This document shows positions 9,106-19,100 of a stretch of DNA of 32,000 bases, one piece after another. Made by a program: the position numbers and the translations under genes. Origin of the DNA: Sulfolobus acidocaldarius DSM 639 (GTDB lineage: Archaea; Thermoproteota; Thermoprotei_A; Sulfolobales; Sulfolobaceae). The stretch spans positions 2,130,001 to 2,162,000 of the forward strand of contig NC_007181.1 of NCBI RefSeq assembly GCF_000012285.1, in the 5' to 3' direction. The notes beneath the pieces are model-generated. The model was not told the origin of the DNA. It saw only the letters and a list, made by a program, of their open reading frames with translations, and searched no databases. Position 1 is the stretch's first letter, and every line of letters starts with the position of its first letter.

Positions 9106-10052
9106 GTATTCCACCCCCTTAAATTACCCGTAAAGGGATCCTCTACGGGAATCCATTCATTTAACCAAGACTCGGGTATAGGTCTTGACCAGTAATCACT
9201 CCTATATCTAAATTGTTCATAAGTCCAAACTACTGGTTTCCACTTATCTGGGTCTAGGACTACATAATCACCCGTGAAGAACTCTAGTCTTCCACCATTC
9301 GGATCTCTCAGGTAAATGTATACTCCTTGGGTAACACCATGCCTTCCAGGACCTCTCTCTATATAGTCCCATAGCTCTGCTGAAGCCATTATATCTGCAG
9401 CTCTTATAACGTCCCTTAAATCGTGGACGTAATATGTAAAATGATGAAAACCGGGTGTTTTTCTTGATGATTTGGATATAGCTAGATTATGAGAGTCACC
9501 AGACTTAGTTAGCCAGGAGACCATCTTCTTTCCTTCCTTATCTAGAAAAATTTCAGTTTCATAAAACCCTAAACTCTGGTAGAATTTTATTTCGTTCTCA
9601 AAAACATTGGAATCCACCATGAGATTTACGTGAGCTAATCTTATGGGTGAAACTCCCTTATGTATATGAAACTTCATTCTAATGTCATCAACGTACTCCA
9701 TATTCTCATAGAATACTGTAGGCATTCCACCAGTGTCAGAAAAGATTATTGCGTTATCCACTCCTTTTTCCTCGAATTTTCTCGTCTTAAGCCCACTAGC
9801 CTCAAGCTTTTCCCTCATCTTATCCACGTTTCTGACCCTAAAGGCTATATAGGATAACCCAGGTGACTCTGCCCTCTTGAGTACCAAACTATGATGCTGT
9901 CCTTCCTCGTATCCCCTCAGATACACATAATCACCATTCTTTTCTGTTTCATGAAAACCCAGTAGATCCCTGTAAAAGAAAAGAGACTTGTCCATATCTA
10001 TTACTCTGACACAAACATGCGATAGGCGGAGTACTTCGCTCATAATATACAT
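9102..10052 (-). CDS. Extradiol ring-cleavage dioxygenase (type I, two VOC/glyoxalase domains; catechol or homoprotocatechuate 2,3-dioxygenase-like)
   Basis: The architecture is a duplicated VOC domain. [14 protein letters not shown] starts domain 1 and [10 protein letters not shown] starts domain 2. Candidate 2-His-1-carboxylate ligands are HVNL, GFHHFTY and RLEFFTG. An alternative ATG start lies at 10043. Confidence 0.85.
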   Translation of the reverse strand: MYIMSEVLRLSHVCVRVIDMDKSLFFYRDLLGFHETEKNGDYVYLRGYEEGQHHSLVLKRAESPGLSYIAFRVRNVDKMREKLEASGLKTRKFEEKGVDNAIIFSDTGGMPTVFYENMEYVDDIRMKFHIHKGVSPIRLAHVNLMVDSNVFENEIKFYQSLGFYETEIFLDKEGKKMVSWLTKSGDSHNLAISKSSRKTPGFHHFTYYVHDLRDVIRAADIMASAELWDYIERGPGRHGVTQGVYIYLRDPNGGRLEFFTGDYVVLDPDKWKPVVWTYEQFRYRSDYWSRPIPESWLNEWIPVEDPFTGNLRGWNT

Positions 10053-10131
10053 TTAGTTAAAAATAAAATAAAATAGGACAATAAAACAAGTTAGAGGTAT
10101 AAGCTAAAAAGTATGAAAGCTGTTCATCCCT

Positions 10132-10764
10132 CTAGGTTAAATGAGTCAAGTAAAACTCAACTAATTTCTTTTCAGCTGACCTCAGGTGGTATAAAAACGT
10201 CACCTTACTTATGTTTAGCTTTTCTGCAAGTATATCGGCATTGGCTTCCCTAGGGTAATCTAAATATCCGTACTCGAAGGCAGCTTTCAATACTCTTACT
10301 TGTGATGGGGATAGATACGGGAAGAACATGTCATCTACTTGATCCACTTTTACCTCAATTAGCTCTCCATAACTCTTAAGTTGATCCACTATCTCATTAA
10401 CTGCAGTACTTGTAGTTATGAAGTCCCATAGCTCTTTCTCTTCCTTAAGCTCGTTTCTCAGGAATAGAGTCTCATAATCGTAAAGTAGACCTGCTATAGA
10501 ATTCCTATAAGTGTTAAGGAAATCTACATAGATATCAGAATCAAATTGGTTAACTTGCAATACCCTTAGTATTCCTTTATCCTTTGCTCTTTTCATTTTA
10601 CTTAACTCATTTTTCTTTGAGGAGGGGAAAATAACTCTAGCCCTCAAGTACCCCTTCTCAGGATAAACATGATAATTAATAGTATAACCACTGAGGTCAA
10701 CAGATGAAGTCCAACACTTATCATGGGCTATCAAAACTTTAACTCTGTTTAAATGCTTCTTCAT
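10132..10764 (-). CDS. Transcriptional regulator with a C-terminal HTH_10 (bacterio-opsin-activator-type) domain
   Basis: The C-terminus LSPSQVRVLKAAFEYGYLDYPREANADILAEKLNISKVTFLYHLRSAEKKL matches the HTH_10 consensus (LT-x-rQ-x-vL-x-A-x-x-GYfd-x-PR...). I do not recognise the N-terminal ~150 aa. Confidence 0.7.
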   Translation of the reverse strand: MKKHLNRVKVLIAHDKCWTSSVDLSGYTINYHVYPEKGYLRARVIFPSSKKNELSKMKRAKDKGILRVLQVNQFDSDIYVDFLNTYRNSIAGLLYDYETLFLRNELKEEKELWDFITTSTAVNEIVDQLKSYGELIEVKVDQVDDMFFPYLSPSQVRVLKAAFEYGYLDYPREANADILAEKLNISKVTFLYHLRSAEKKLVEFYLTHLT

Positions 10765-10871
10765 TACCTAAATATTCTCGATTTTAATTAAAAACTTAAT
10801 GTACTTAATGGAAAAAGCTTTCATATGAATAAAAAGAAAAATATGTATGATTAGAAATATTTCTTGCCCTC

Positions 10872-11753
10872 TCAAAAGTCTTCATGTAAAGGCTCTTTCT
10901 TCCTTACAAAAGTCCCATTCCTCAGATCATTTAAAGCTTCTAAAATTTGTTCTTCACTATTCATAACAATAGGTCCATACCAGTACACAGGCTCATTTAA
11001 AGGTCTACCTGAGATTAATATGAATCTACCATTTCCCGAGAGATCGACCTCGTCTCCCTCTCTATCGAAAATGATTAAGTTTCCAGAGTCAATATAGGGA
11101 GTGTTTACGGTCTTTATCTTCCCATCAACCACATAAACTAACACTGTATAGCCGTTCTTTACAGGTATTTTAACTTCCCCGTCCAATAACACGTCTAAAT
11201 ATGTTGGGTCAACTGGACTTTTAACCCTGACAGGACCATCAATGCCCATAAACTTACCTGATAATATCTGAACCTCTCCAAAGTCAAACCTCTCTTTCGG
11301 TAACTGTTTAACATCTCTGTATACGGGATCTGACATCTTCATATTAGATGGCAAATTCACCCATAACTGTAGACCATACATGTCCTCAGGTTTTTGATTA
11401 TACCTAGCTATTTCCGTACCCTCTAATGGTCTGGGCATTTCCTGATGGAAAATTCCACTTCCCGCTGTCATCCACTGAGACTGCCCAGGATAAATCACAC
11501 CTTTATTCCCCTCACTGTCCTGATGTTCTACCTTTCCTTTATAAAGCAAAGTTACAGTCTCTATACCTCTATGAGGATGCCATGGAAATCCTGCAAGATA
11601 ATCTGAAGGATTAGATGATCCGAAGAAGTCTAGCAACAGAAATGGATCTGTATACTCAACTGTATGCATACCCCCAAATACTCTGTATAACTTTACCCCG
11701 GCACCGTCCATTGTGGACTTTCCTTTTATTAATCCTGAGACTCCTCTTTTCAT
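10872..11753 (-). CDS. Pirin family bicupin protein
   Basis: The GFPWHPHRGIETVTLLYKGKVEHQDSEGN metal-binding signature (H-x-H...H...E) is present, and the 293 aa length suits a bicupin. Confidence 0.9.
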   Translation of the reverse strand: MKRGVSGLIKGKSTMDGAGVKLYRVFGGMHTVEYTDPFLLLDFFGSSNPSDYLAGFPWHPHRGIETVTLLYKGKVEHQDSEGNKGVIYPGQSQWMTAGSGIFHQEMPRPLEGTEIARYNQKPEDMYGLQLWVNLPSNMKMSDPVYRDVKQLPKERFDFGEVQILSGKFMGIDGPVRVKSPVDPTYLDVLLDGEVKIPVKNGYTVLVYVVDGKIKTVNTPYIDSGNLIIFDREGDEVDLSGNGRFILISGRPLNEPVYWYGPIVMNSEEQILEALNDLRNGTFVRKKEPLHEDF

Positions 11754-11911
11754 AATAAATACTTTAACCTTCGTAGAATATAAACTAGATTCAACTTAAT
11801 TATGATTATTTAATGAAGAGAAATCAAGCCATGTTTTTGTTAAAGAGAAAGTACTATAACGACCACACAAAGTAAGGAGCTATCCAGAAGTTATATACAA
11901 ACTAAAGTATA

Positions 11912-11974
11912 GTATGAAGGTTTTTCTGGCTTCCTCTCCCGCCATAAATGGTGAGGCTTTCCTCATTTTGTAAA
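11912..11974. repeat. Copy 1 of a ~60-nt conserved intergenic element (tandem mini-hairpins and/or a 19-codon micro-ORF)
   Basis: GTATGAAGGTTTTTCTGGCTTCCTCTCCCGCCATAAATGGTGAGGCTTTCCTCATTTTGTAAA aligns with 21202..21258. Hairpins lie at 11941..11952 (GCCA-TAAA-TGGT) and 11953..11964 (GAGG-CTTT-CCTC). Confidence 0.6.
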
Positions 11975-12032
11975 TAAAATATAATTTATTTTATATATGT
12001 ATTACTTTAAATCTAACCCTCTCTAATATAAT

Positions 12033-13856
12033 ATGATGAGCTGGGTTCCAGGCAAAGAGTGGATTGAAAAAAGCAATGTTTATCAATACATGATTTCCAG
12101 GAATATTCCCGATTTAGAGAAATTCCTTGAGTTCACATACAATGAGGCTTTTTGGGATGATTTTGTAAAAAACGTATTGAGTTTAAAATTTGAAAAACCC
12201 TATACGAAAACATTAGACCTAAGCAAAGGTAAACAATGGGCTAAATGGTTTGTAGACGGGAAAATTAATATCGCGGATCAGCTAGAGGAAAGTTCAAAAC
12301 CCTTGGTAAGGTGGATGAACGAAAGAGGTGAAAGTAAGACATTAACGTACAATCAAGTATTATATGAATCAAAGGCTGTTTCCTCATGGCTCAAAAGAAG
12401 ATATAAAAAGGGAGATAGAATTGGCATATATTTACCAATGATACCTGAAATAATTCCCATTTTCTTAGGGATTATCAGGGCAGGAATGATCGTAGTCCCA
12501 CTTTTCTCAGGTTTTGGAAAGGAACCAATAAGAGTAAGACTTGAAGACAGTGAAATGAAAGCTATATTCACTACAGATCTAACCACAAGAAAAGATAAAG
12601 AAATAAATCCGACTGAAAACCTAGAGGACTTTCAAGTAGATAAAATAGTAGTAGAAAGGGGAGGTAAGGCAAAGGTAAACTACATTTCGTATGATGAAGT
12701 TAAAAAGACAGCTGGTGATGGCTTAGAGAAGACCGAATCTGAGGATCCTCTAATGATAATTTACACTAGTGGTACGACTGGAAAACCTAAAGGCTGTGTT
12801 CACGTACATATGGGATTTCCAATAAAGGCTGCAGCTGATATCTATTTCCAGTTCGATATGAAGAATGGTGAATTACTTACATGGATCACTGACCTAGGGT
12901 GGATGATGGGACCATGGTTAATATTTGGTGGAATACTCTTACGTGGTCAAATAGGTCTATATGAAGGCTATCCAGGATTTGACCAAATTTCACATTTCAC
13001 TGAAGATTTTAAACCCGGTATTTTAGGACTTTCAGCTAGCCTTGTTAGATCATTTAAAGGAAGGGAAGGAAAGCTTCAAGTTAGACTTGCAGGAAATACT
13101 GGAGAGCCTATAGATCCAGAGAGCTGGAATTACCTGTATAGACTTATCGACCATAACCCAATAATCAACTACTCAGGAGGAACAGAAATTTCAGGTGGAA
13201 TATTGGGAAACTACGTGATAAAGGAAATCAAAGCGTCGTCGTTTAATGGTCCTTCTCCAGGTACAAAAGCTGATGTTTTCGATGAGTCTGGGAAAAGAGC
13301 ATCGCCAAATACTGAGGGGGAGTTAGTGGTTCTGTCTGTTTGGCCAGGGATGACGAGAGGATTCTGGAGAGATGAGAAGAGATATTTAGAGACATATTGG
13401 AGCAGATGGGACAATGTTTGGGTTCATGGTGACTTGGCTTACTACGACAGCCATGGATATTTTTACATTGTAGGTAGAAGCGATGATACAATAAAAGTTT
13501 CGGGAAAAAGAGTGGGTCCTGCTGAAATAGAGTCTGTGATCAATGCCCACCAGAAGGTGTTAGAATCAGCCTGTGTTGGGATCCCTGATCCATTGAAAGG
13601 AGAGAAAATAATCTGCTTTACGGTAACTAAGGAAGAGATTAATGAGAACGAGTTAATCAACTTCGCTCAGGATAAACTAGGAAAAGCCTTTTCTCCAGAC
13701 CGAATATTTCTTGTTAAGGAACTGCCTAAGACTAGAAATGCAAAGATTATGAGAAGGCTACTGAGGGCTATAATTCTCGATAAGCCACTAGGAGATATAT
13801 CGTCATTAGAAAACCCAAGTGCAGTTGAGGAAATCAGGAAAGTAGTTAAAGGCTAA
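12033..13856 (+). CDS. AMP-forming acyl-CoA synthetase (acetyl-/propionyl-CoA synthetase-like)
   Basis: It has the YTSGTTGKPKG AMP-binding motif, GDLAYYDSHGYFYIVGRSDDTIKVSGKRVGPAEIE and a C-terminal PKTRNAKIMRR. A TTTAAAT box lies about 24 nt upstream of the ATG. Confidence 0.9.
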   Translation: MMSWVPGKEWIEKSNVYQYMISRNIPDLEKFLEFTYNEAFWDDFVKNVLSLKFEKPYTKTLDLSKGKQWAKWFVDGKINIADQLEESSKPLVRWMNERGESKTLTYNQVLYESKAVSSWLKRRYKKGDRIGIYLPMIPEIIPIFLGIIRAGMIVVPLFSGFGKEPIRVRLEDSEMKAIFTTDLTTRKDKEINPTENLEDFQVDKIVVERGGKAKVNYISYDEVKKTAGDGLEKTESEDPLMIIYTSGTTGKPKGCVHVHMGFPIKAAADIYFQFDMKNGELLTWITDLGWMMGPWLIFGGILLRGQIGLYEGYPGFDQISHFTEDFKPGILGLSASLVRSFKGREGKLQVRLAGNTGEPIDPESWNYLYRLIDHNPIINYSGGTEISGGILGNYVIKEIKASSFNGPSPGTKADVFDESGKRASPNTEGELVVLSVWPGMTRGFWRDEKRYLETYWSRWDNVWVHGDLAYYDSHGYFYIVGRSDDTIKVSGKRVGPAEIESVINAHQKVLESACVGIPDPLKGEKIICFTVTKEEINENELINFAQDKLGKAFSPDRIFLVKELPKTRNAKIMRRLLRAIILDKPLGDISSLENPSAVEEIRKVVKG

Positions 13857-13883
13857 TATATTACACTACCCAATAATTAAAGT

Positions 13884-14159
13884 ATGAAACTGGATGAAAA
13901 TGAAATAAAAAGGAGATTAGGGGAAATCGAGGGATGGAGTTATGAAAATAATAAACTTAAGAAGACATTCAAGTTTAAGAATTTCTACGAGTCTGTGGAA
14001 TTTGTAAGGAAGATACAACCTATTGCAGATGAGATGGACCATCACCCTGACCTATGTGTGTATTATAATAGGGTTGTACTAGAGCTTTCGACTCACAGTG
14101 AGGGTGGAGTTACAGAAAAAGATTTTGAATTAGCTAAGAAAATAAATAAAATTCAATGA
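13884..14159 (+). CDS. Pterin-4-alpha-carbinolamine dehydratase (PCD/DCoH family)
   Basis: DEMDHHPDLCVYYNRVVLELSTHSEGGVTEKD fits the full PCD signature [EDKH]-x3-H-[HN]-[PCS]-x5,6-[YWF]-x9-[HW]-x8,15-D. The protein is 91 aa. Confidence 0.85.
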   Translation: MKLDENEIKRRLGEIEGWSYENNKLKKTFKFKNFYESVEFVRKIQPIADEMDHHPDLCVYYNRVVLELSTHSEGGVTEKDFELAKKINKIQ

Positions 14160-14202
14160 TAAGCGATAATCTTATTTTGTTTGATATCCATCAGAATTTT
14201 TT

Positions 14203-15855
14203 GTGAGACTTTTAGAACCCTTCAAAATAGCAGATGTTGAGCTAAAGAACAGGGTAGTAATGTCACCAATGATAACAAATTTCGGTACACCTGAGGGATA
14301 TCCAACAGAGACTCACATAAGATACTTTGTCAGGAGATCTTCACTTGGACTACTGATAACTGAGTACACATACGTGAATAAAACAGACGCTAGAGGTTCA
14401 CCCAATGAATTAGGACTATATACAGACGAATTTATTCCGAAATTCGCAAGACTGACAGAGGCAGTTCACAATCATGATACTAAGATATTTGTACAATTAG
14501 TCCACGTGGGAAGAAAGACTAGGAAAGCCTTAATATGGGGTAATAGTCCAGTTGCACCTTCCAACATACCATTAATTGATCCCGTAAGGGAAATGACAAA
14601 AGACGACATAAACAGAGTTATAGATGACTTCGTAAAGGCTGCAGAGAGAGCTGAAAAGAGCGGTTTCGATGGGATAGAACTACACGGAGCCCATGGATAT
14701 CTAATTGCACAATTCCTCTCTCCGGCTACAAATAAAAGGGAAGATGAATACAGGGATGGAGTGAAATTTCTGGAGGAGATAATTAAGGAAGTTAAAAGAG
14801 TTGTTTCGATACCTGTAGGATTGAGAATTTCAGCAACTGAGTTCGATCCTCAAGGATTAAATCCTGAGACTGTTGGAAAGATCGCCAAGAGAGTTGAGAA
14901 TTTATTAGATTATCTTCACTTGTCTGCGGGAAGGGACGGACCGTTAGGGGGCTCATCTTCATTTTATTATAAGGAGCCAAGCTATCTTGAAGAGGCTAAA
15001 GTAATCAGAAATCAGTTCGGAAAAACACTATTGGTTGCCGGTTCAATCCTGACAGTTGATGATGCAGAAAAAGTACTAGAGTTCGCAGATGCAGCAGTGT
15101 TAGCTAGACAAATTCTTGCTGATCCAGATTGGCTAATAAAGGTAAAGGATGGTGGAAACATAAGACCTTGTATAAGATGTAACCAGCTATGCAGGCTAAT
15201 GGCTACGAGAGAAGTGAGATGCGACGTAAACCCTGAACTCGGTTGGGAACCTGTGGAGTTGAGAAAAGGGGAAGGAGAAGTGAACATAGTGGGTGGAGGA
15301 GTTACAGGACTAGAGATGGCGAGAGTTTTAGCGAAAAGAGGTTTTGAGGTTAAACTATATGAAAAAGATAGCAAATTAGGTGGGCAACTCAACGAATATA
15401 AAGATCCTTTCAAGAAAGCCTCCTTCATAAAGCTATTAGAATACTATGAGAAAGAACTAAAGAGGTTAGGAGTAAAAGTTTATCTCAACTCTTACATTAA
15501 ATCCATTGATGGTCATACGATATTTGCGGTACCCTCTCAAAGGCAACCTATATATCAAGAGTATAAGGGAGAAGTAATATTAGTGGACTCCAATTTGTAC
15601 GCCTATCAAGACTACATATTTGAGTGGGCAAAGCAAAACGAGGTCTATATTACAAGGAATTTATTCAAGGGGCTCGATAGAAATCGTGGTTATTTATTGG
15701 AAGAGAAATACAAAGAAATAGGAGTGAGGGAATGGGATAACAGAACTAAGCCAACAGTTCACATCCATGATGTAAGAAATAGTCAACAGTCCATAGGTCA
15801 ATCCATATCTAAAGCATTCTGGTATGCTGTGGAATACGATAACAGTAGAAAGTAA
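14203..15855 (+). CDS. Old Yellow Enzyme-family NADH:flavin oxidoreductase with Fe-S motif and one C-terminal dinucleotide-binding domain (2,4-dienoyl-CoA reductase-like)
   Basis: The N-terminal TIM-barrel shows OYE motifs ([19 protein letters not shown]). A cysteine cluster [25 protein letters not shown] follows, then [34 protein letters not shown] (FAD/NAD Rossmann). It starts with GTG. Confidence 0.85.
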   Translation: MRLLEPFKIADVELKNRVVMSPMITNFGTPEGYPTETHIRYFVRRSSLGLLITEYTYVNKTDARGSPNELGLYTDEFIPKFARLTEAVHNHDTKIFVQLVHVGRKTRKALIWGNSPVAPSNIPLIDPVREMTKDDINRVIDDFVKAAERAEKSGFDGIELHGAHGYLIAQFLSPATNKREDEYRDGVKFLEEIIKEVKRVVSIPVGLRISATEFDPQGLNPETVGKIAKRVENLLDYLHLSAGRDGPLGGSSSFYYKEPSYLEEAKVIRNQFGKTLLVAGSILTVDDAEKVLEFADAAVLARQILADPDWLIKVKDGGNIRPCIRCNQLCRLMATREVRCDVNPELGWEPVELRKGEGEVNIVGGGVTGLEMARVLAKRGFEVKLYEKDSKLGGQLNEYKDPFKKASFIKLLEYYEKELKRLGVKVYLNSYIKSIDGHTIFAVPSQRQPIYQEYKGEVILVDSNLYAYQDYIFEWAKQNEVYITRNLFKGLDRNRGYLLEEKYKEIGVREWDNRTKPTVHIHDVRNSQQSIGQSISKAFWYAVEYDNSRK

Positions 15856-16189
15856 TCCTCTTAACTGGAACCGATATTTTTACATTCTCCTCATTAAGAA
15901 CTGATATTATGAAGCTGGAATCAGATTGTAAGCCAACTTTTAACTTAATTCTAAAGTTATAAGACAGTGTATAGAGTATTCATGAAATCAGAGCTTAGTT
16001 CACTTTACACTTTACCGTATTAAGATCAATTGAAAAAATCCATCTCAAATATAACGTATAATTTCTTCAACCCTCAACTGATTATGGGTAAAAAAAGTAG
16101 TAATTTAAAAATAAAAATAAAACTTTTTATTATGGCAAAGGGTTTAGTTAACTAATAGTATTTTCGTATAAAGAGAAGAGGTTGGGAGA

Positions 16190-19100
16190 ATGAAAGGGTA
16201 TTACATGTATCCAGATATAAGAAATGATTTTGTGGCTTTTACAACTGATGACGATGTATGGCTTATGTCACTGAAAGACATGAGACCGATTAGAGTTACG
16301 ACTGACACTGGTGTTTCCATAAAACCCAAGATTAGCCCAGACGGTAAAAGGATAGCCTTTACTACATTATGGTTGAGGAGCGGAAAGCAAGGTGCTGATG
16401 TATTTATTGTAGAGGACGGTAGGTCCAAAAGGGTGACATATTTTAACCGACCAACCACATGGGTTGCAGGCTGGCTATCAGATAAGGAGATAATGGTAAT
16501 AACAGATTACCATACACCATTTAACGCGTGGACAGAGGCTTACAAAGTAAATGTAAATGATGAGAGTTATGAACCTCTTCCATATGGAATAGTTTCAAAT
16601 ATTTCAATAAAAAATGAGACTATTGTAATAGCCAGAGGATATCAAGATTTACCCTTCTGGAAAGGATACAGAGGAGGAACCAAAGGGGAACTATGGATAT
16701 CCTTTGATGCTGGAGAAACTTTCAAGAAATTTCTCAGCCTAAATGGAATAATTAGCCACCCCATGATATTAAATGACAGAGTCTACTTCTTGTCGGATCA
16801 CGAGAGTGTAAGTAACCTTTACTCAGTGGACATGCAGGGGGAGAACTTGCTAAAACACACTAACTTCTCAGATTATTACTGTAGAAATGCCAGCTCGGAT
16901 GGAAAAAGGATTGTGTTCCAGAGAGCTGGAGATATTTACTTGTTTGACCCACAGACTAATAACACTATTAAGCTCGAAATCGAGGTATTCACAGAGAGGA
17001 AGAAAAAGAGACCAAAATTTGTTTCAACTATGGAATACTTAACCGATGTAGATGTTAATCAGAATTACATTGGGCTAATAGTCAGAGGTAAACCTTTTAT
17101 CATGAGACCATGGGAAGGTCCTGTAGTACAATTAGGTGAAAAGCAGGGGGTAAAATACAGGGAATTACAGTTTCTATCAAATGAGGATATTGCTGTTGTA
17201 GATAGTAATGAAAATAAACTGTTGATTTTATCAAAGGACGGAAAGATAAAGCAAAAAGTAGAAAAGGATTTTGGTAGAATCGAAAAAATCAAAGCGTCTC
17301 CAGATGGTAAAAAGCTCCTAATATCGAACAACAGACTAGAATTATGGTTATATGACTTAGAATCGAAAAAGGAAAAACTTATAGATAAAAGTTCTTATGG
17401 GATAATTCGTGAGTTTGATTGGCACCCTACAGGTGAGTGGTTTAGCTACGCATTCCCTGAGGGATTTAGAACCCAGTCCATAAAGATAGCTAACGTATCA
17501 GGAAATATTATAAGAGTAACTAGCCCTTATGCGTTTGACTTTTCGCCTTCTTTTGACCCAGATGGAAAATTCCTTTACTTCTTATCGGCTAGAACTCTTG
17601 ACCCTAGTTCAGACAAATTTATATTTAACATGAGCTTTCAGCGTGTAATAAAGCCTTACTTAGTGGTTTTAAGTAAAGCCTACTCCCCATTTAATCAACC
17701 ACTTGAAGAAGTAAAACATGATAAAAATGTTGACCCTGAAGGTATTCAGTATAGGGTTATACCATTCCCAGTAGAGGAAGACAACTATGTAAAAATTAGC
17801 GGAGCTAAATCAAACAAGGTATTACTGTACTCGCAACCCATAAGAGGGCAACTAAATCCACAAGAGGATACTTTAGGAAAAATTGAGATATTCGATATTG
17901 AAATCAAATCGAAAGAGGTCTTTGCTGAGAACGTAAGAAACTTCGTTATAACCAAGGACGGTTCGAAGGTTCTACTAGTTTTCAAAGACAGTATTAGACT
18001 CGTTAATGCTACTACGAAGCCAGATTTAAGCACACAGGGAATAAAGGGAGGAGTAGTTGATACAACTAGAATTAAGGTACTTGTAGACCCAGAGAAGGAA
18101 TGGAGACAAATGTTATTTGAAACATGGAAATTGATGAAGGAGAACTACTGGAGTGCAGAAAAATTGCAGGGATGGGATAGCGTTCTAGATAAGTATGAAA
18201 AACTTCTAGATAGAGTAAGCACTAGATACGAGCTTTCTGATGTATTAAAAGAAATGCAGGGAGAAACTAAAACCTCCCACTCGTATGAGACTCCATATGA
18301 TTTTGAGACCGCAGAACCATTAGTGATAGGAGGTTTAGGTGCAGAATTTAACTATGATGAACAAAGGGAATGCTTCAAAATAGTCAAGATATACTCTGGT
18401 GATCCAACAAATGAAGGAGAAAGAAGTCCATTAAAAGATCCAGGTGTAGAACTAAACGAAGGAGATTGCATTTACAGTATTGATGGGGAAAAGGTAAGAA
18501 AGGGAAGTATAAATTCACATTTCATAAATAAAGATCAAGCTATCCTTGAGGTTCTAACCAGTGACGGGAAAAATAGAACCGTAAGTGTAAGGTTAATGAA
18601 AGATGAGAAGTATCTAATGTATCGTCATTGGGTGGAGAAAAACAGGGAGTACGTACATAAGATGAGTGACGGAAAATTAGGATATGTCCATGTACCTGAT
18701 ATGATGTATCAAGGCTTTGCCGAATTCTTCAGATTGTTTATATCTGAGTTTTATAGACAAGGTCTGATAGTGGACGTGAGGTTTAACAGGGGAGGATTCA
18801 TTTCAGGTTTAATATTACAAAGATTATTACTAAGGAGAGAAGGATATGATGTGCCTAGAAATGGCGAACGTATTCCGTTCCCCTATTTGTCTTCTCCTAA
18901 AGTAATAGTAGCTGTGACTAATGAAAATGCAGGCTCTGATGGGGATATATTCTCTTACCTATTCAAAAAGTATAAGATAGGTATATTAATAGGTAGAAGG
19001 ACATGGGGTGGAGTTATAGGAATAAGCCCACGTCATCTATTAGTCGATAAAACAGTTGTTACACAGCCTGAATTTGCTGCAATTTTTGATGAAGTAGGAT

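Noticed and set aside
7633-9114. A possible 4-hydroxybutyryl-CoA dehydratase (same superfamily as HpaB, and relevant to the Sulfolobales 3HP/4HB cycle)
   Set aside because: That enzyme ligates a [4Fe-4S] cluster through three Cys and one His. This protein has a single Cys (MICTAG) and shows the HpaB-type GRSPDYLN motif and N-terminus.
15856-16189. The 334-bp intergenic region upstream of tricorn, checked for small ORFs, sRNA boxes and repeats
   Set aside because: It holds only trivial ORFs of 17 codons or fewer with no motif, no C/D or H/ACA-like box arrangement and no repeats. It is probably just a promoter/UTR region.
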